The notes under the pieces are model-generated. The model made no database searches, was not told where the DNA came from, and was given only the letters and a program-made list of their open reading frames with translations. DNA of 64,000 nt from Marsupella aquatica. Lineage: Eukaryota; Plantae; Marchantiophyta. Each line of letters opens with the position of its first letter. Positions within the stretch are counted from its first letter, which is position 1. Below are positions 59,523-64,000 of the stretch, in pieces. Where the stretch lies: the NCBI GenBank assembly GCA_973895155.1, contig OZ316895.1, forward strand, positions 15,258,816 to 15,322,815, given 5' to 3'. The position numbers and the translations under genes were made by a program.

Positions 59523-62500
59523 ATGGTGCACCTTACTTCGAGTTTAGTTGGAGATGTGCATTCTGCGCACCAGTTCAACCAGCAGGCGCTTCTTAATTTC
59601 CTGCAAGATGCTATCCCCGAATTTCCTCCACGGCCAGTAATGAAAGTGAAACAGGTACAACGTTCATTTCGATCCTAGCAATAATTGCGAGTCACTTAAG
59701 TGTGTATCTGCGCCACAATATTTCGCTTTTTTGAAGTAGCCCGAAGTCGTTGGTCCAAGGATCACAGCAGACACGATTGTGTCTCCAGGGTACCAAAAGA
59801 GACATAATGTTATCTGCTGTGATTTTTTGGTGCGAAGATATCGGTGTCACTTGGAAGTGCGTCACTTGGAAGTGCTATCTCATATAGTTGCTTAGACCAA
59901 CTGCTCTACAAACATTATTGATGAGGATGGCTAAGTGGCTCTTGTTTGACGACGATGTCCTCCTTCACAAGCTTTGTAATTTAGTCAGCTACTTTCAGTC
60001 TTGGCAGAATGTGCCTTTAGATCAACTCTGTTCAATTTCGTGCGTCTCGTTTATGTACTAAAGATTGTATTGCTTTTGACACATCGAGTGCAGTGCATTG
60101 CATTGCATTGCTCACCTCAGAATTTGTCAGGACCTTATTTCAATTATTATAAGTCAAAGTATGCCCGTATCCGATTTGTCCGGTAATTGGAACACTTGTG
60201 CTGGGATCTTAGTTTTTAATTGTATCACCGCGTTGTGTATGTAGTTTGGCCATGGGCAATCAAATCCAACTTTCTTAGTAGAGATTGTGAGTGATGGTAC
60301 TCTCACGCGGTATGTTCTACGAAAGAAGCCCCCAGGGCTTCTTCTGCCATCTGCTCATGCTGTCGATAGGGAATTCAAGGTATGACACTGACGATGACTC
60401 CAAACGTCCAAATCCCCTCAGTAACAGTGTTCTGCTCAGATAGGATAGGGTTTTGGCTCCAATTTTCTTGCCGGAAAGAGAGGCTTCTCGGAGGTCATTC
60501 AATGGCTAATGCGTTTCCTGCAAGTTCTTTGGAAAAGTAGGATACTAAAGCGATGAGTTTCTTTTGTGCTCTCAGTAAATATTTTGCGAGAATGCCCAAA
60601 GTTGAAAAGGACCGAAGGAAACAGTTTTCAGAGAAGTGCTAGAAAACTTCAATGAGAAATGTGATGGGTTTGAAAAGAATACGTTTTTACGAAAAACCGC
60701 GTATAGTTGAAATTATACCACGGGCTATACATTTTTGCAAGTTGTTAGTAGGAGTTAGTTTTGTTAGCTGTGTCCATCTGCAAAGCAAGTTTTGCAGGAC
60801 TTTTTTTCTGTTTGTGGGTTGTTATGCTTATTGTTGGCACCCCATTCATGAGTGTGTTTGAAATATCTAGCAAAGTTAGGAATGTTTCACCTAATGCTGT
60901 ATTTCAATTAGTATGTCGCCGGTAGAGCATTAGAACCTAGAATACAGACTCCCCATTTGGATTCCAAATCAGATTTGGAATATATATATTACCGTCACTC
61001 AAGCAATTGCTATCTTTGAGTTCCAAAAGTAGTTGCAGGATTGTTTAGGAGACGTCTTTATAAATTTCATGTGGACTTGTGCAGATTCTCGCAGCACTGG
61101 CTGAAACGGACGTCCCGGTACCAAAAGTTTACTGTCTCTGTATGGATCCGTCGATCATTGGCACTGAATTTTATGTCATGGAACATGTGGAAGGTCGCAT
61201 TTTCGTCAATCCGAGTTTACCAGTAAGCTTCACTTACTCGCATCCTCATGGCAGTTGGATTCGTAAATTCTTTCCATTGAACGTGCAGATGGCTGAGAAC
61301 CCGTATATGGCTATGATATATTTTGAATGATGGACCTGAAGCAATTCGAATAATTCTGTAAGATTTGGGCTTCTCTGCATCCTTCTCACTTCTTTCCCAG
61401 ACAATAACAGAAAAACACTCACGAAGAACTGACTGTTTATGATCAGGAAGTTGGTCCCAAGGAACGGACTTTAATTTACGAGGCCTTGGCAAATACTTTA
61501 GCTGCCATTCATGCTGTTGACGTTGATGCTGTTGGTTTGAGTCAATACGGTCGTCAAGAAAACTACTGCAGGAGGCAGGTCAGTACTCCAGCACTGACTT
61601 AGTACAGAAGCCTTATGTTGAGTTGGCTTCAGGTCAGGCTGGCTTGTTCATTCTTTCCCTTCTCGTCAGCTATATTTACTTTGGCTTCCTCAGTTCAGTA
61701 TTCTTTCCACTCCTGTATTTGTTTCTTAATTTTTTGTATTTTCTCAGGTTGATCGATGGGCGCGTCAATATCATGCAACAACCAAAGATGGGAGTCCAGG
61801 AGTGGATCCAAATATCTTGGCGGTGATTGCTTGGTTGAAGGCTAATATACCTGCTGAAGATGCGTTGACAGTTCGAACTGGTATTGTGCATGGAGATTTT
61901 AGATTGGACAATGTCATCTTCCACCCAACCGAGGTATCTGATCTGGGATCCGTCTTTTTCATCTTCATGGAGTTTTACTTATCGGTTGATATGGTTGGTA
62001 GATAGTTTCGAAAAAGTCACGAAAGCTCTAGTGTCATGATCTCTAAAGATCTGTAGCGGTCAAACTTTGAATGAAGTTGTAATCAAGTCATAGCGTCTGC
62101 GTGAACACCGTTTGAAGTCAAGGGACTGCATATTTTTTGATCTCGAAGTGAACGGATACCTCAGGTAGTATCGTTTTGTTTTTCCTATTTGCAGGGTCTA
62201 TGGTAGGATGTACCTTGTTGCTGACTAAGTTATGTTGTTCGCTTCAGCCACGTGTTATAGCTGTTCTAGACTGGGAGTTATCGACTTTGGGGAACCAGAT
62301 GGCAGACATCGCATACAACTGCTTGGTATGCTCACTGAAAGGCACTTCGAGGATTTTTCTTGACGGTGTTAATGCTTTGCGAGATTGGAACATTTTCATG
62401 TTGTTTGTTGTTGAAAATTGTGTTCTTGTACCGTCACACTCTTGTCCCAGGCGGACCCAAGATGTCTTTCAAGCTAGCCGTCAAATCTCACTCTGAGGAC

Positions 62501-64000
62501 TTTAGCTGTATAAATCTTATCTCAACATCATGGAGCAATATCTATAAAATGAACTGCAGTTACGAGTGTTTTTTAATTTTAAATTGAATTTACTTTTATT
62601 TATTAAAATCTGTGAAACCCCACTGAGAGGGAACAGTCTGTCACAACATATAAACTCTAGACCTATGAGTCTCAACTCAAGTGAGCTTTTACACAGCCAT
62701 GCCTCTCTGGGCGTTACGAGTGAAAATATAAGATGGAGTCTTTGCACTTTGCCAAGAGTGCAAATTTTGACTCTTGAATGAGTTTTGTATGATGAAATTT
62801 ATCTTGTGTATTGTGAGATATTCTTAGAAAGTGGTCAGTTAGACTTGAACAGAGGGAGTATATTGTTCCTCCAACAAAGACCTGTGCAACCTGGAGGGCT
62901 TGAGGGAGCTCGTTCTAATTGTTCGGGCTGATTTGAGATGGATGCTTTGCTGAGTTAGTTGCAAAGAGTCCGTGAATGATACTTCGTTTTTCTGGGGTAC
63001 GCAGACATATGAGTTCAGCAGAGAGGAGTTCAAGTTGACAGTTCAGGGATACTGTTTTGAAAACGGACTTTTGCCAGGAATTCCTACAAGGGAAGAGTAC
63101 CTTGGTCAGTACTGTAAAGCAGCAGTACGTATACGGTTTCAGTGTGCCTCTAGAATTCGTAAAGCTTTCGTTAATTAATATGAGGTTGGAATTCTCATCT
63201 TACATTTGTTTCTTCTAGACGGCAGGTTATTTGTTAAGTTTTTAAGGTGATTAACTCATCTCTCTCCAGTTGTCCATTTGTTTCTAATTTCAATGAACAC
63301 GAGGATTGGAGGTGCAGTATTCATGAATGCACGATGTCTAAAACTGCTTGAACGCAGGGAGTACCATGGCCAGCTTCTACCTGGAAGTTCTATACAGCTT
63401 TGTCTGTTTTCCGTGTCATTGCCATTTGGATTGGAGTCTATAAACGAATGATACAGGTGATTGTGGCTCTAAAAGCCCTCATGATACTGAATGTTTAGCA
63501 GTGAATTGGGAGATACTAAAGACAACTCGAAGAAACCATCTCTTCTAATATGTTGATTCTCCACATGCAACTTTGGAGTGATGCTATTTTGTTCAACATA
63601 GGTGTACAGACCGTACAAATTGTATACCGAGGGCTTTTAGCCATAGAAACCGGGCACTGAATCGACAGAACCAAGACACCATAGGTTGAGAGTCATAATT
63701 GTCTGCATGAAATGTCGAGTCACTGGATGCCATCATGTTCCTAGTTAGAGATCTATTTGAGAATCGTCTTTTAAATCTGTTCTTTTTTGAAGTAGAACGA
63801 GTACAGTAACAGAGCACTTTATTAGTACGCATGGTATATTCGCGGCTAACAATTTCCAGGACTCCAGACAGACAATGTCTGTTAAAACCTTTGTTGTAGT
63901 GCCCCCATTGCTTCTGTAAGGATTTCTGGAGCATGATCCTATTGGGCTGATCTGTTCTGTTTGTAGGGTAATTCAACAGGTCGGGTAGATAACGCGATTG
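59523..64000 (+). CDS. IBR3: IBR3 / ACAD10-11-like acyl-CoA dehydrogenase; only the N-terminal phosphotransferase (APH) domain is visible, and the gene continues past the window
   Basis: Exons 59523-59654, 60245-60379, 61085-61222, 61447-61578, 61748-61933, 62248-62325, 63005-63124, 63358-63456, 63967-end. Motifs [62 protein letters not shown]. The ACAD domain is not in the window. Confidence 0.85.

Noticed and set aside
54468-64000. Functional cluster of two head-to-head APH-fold genes
   Set aside because: IBR3 is a conserved, intron-rich gene of a different subfamily with no visible similarity beyond the HGD and D-x-E/Q motifs. The adjacency is probably coincidental.

Overview
Eukaryotic, intron-rich land-plant nuclear DNA. 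A CAPE gene and the intron style point to a flagellated-sperm lineage, most likely a liverwort or other bryophyte (inference). All gene models were spliced by hand from GT/GC-AG boundaries with reading-frame checks; family calls come from recognised motifs, not database searches. In order: 3' end of a CW-type zinc-finger gene (+); CAPE, a class I phosphodiesterase-membrane-class III adenylyl cyclase fusion with at least 17 exons (+); an intronless plastid LON-N-domain protein (-); an 11-exon TET10-like tetraspanin that the ORF track largely misses (+), followed about 550 bp later by an intronless ~1200-aa Cys-rich/coiled-coil orphan ORF (+); a small 3-exon FAM177-like gene (+); an intronless divergent coproporphyrinogen III oxidase (+); a 12-exon endo-beta-mannosidase (-); an intronless fungal-like EcKinase/APH-fold kinase (-); and the 5' part of IBR3/ACAD10-11 (+). 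Intergenic DNA carries minisatellites, MITE-like inverted repeats and hairpins. Main leads: a possible in-frame splice that would give the tetraspanin a ~1200-aa cytoplasmic tail; a voltage-sensor/K+-channel-like module with a degenerate filter inside CAPE; altered purine-binding residues in the CAPE PDE domain; an excess of GC-AG introns; and a candidate horizontally acquired kinase.
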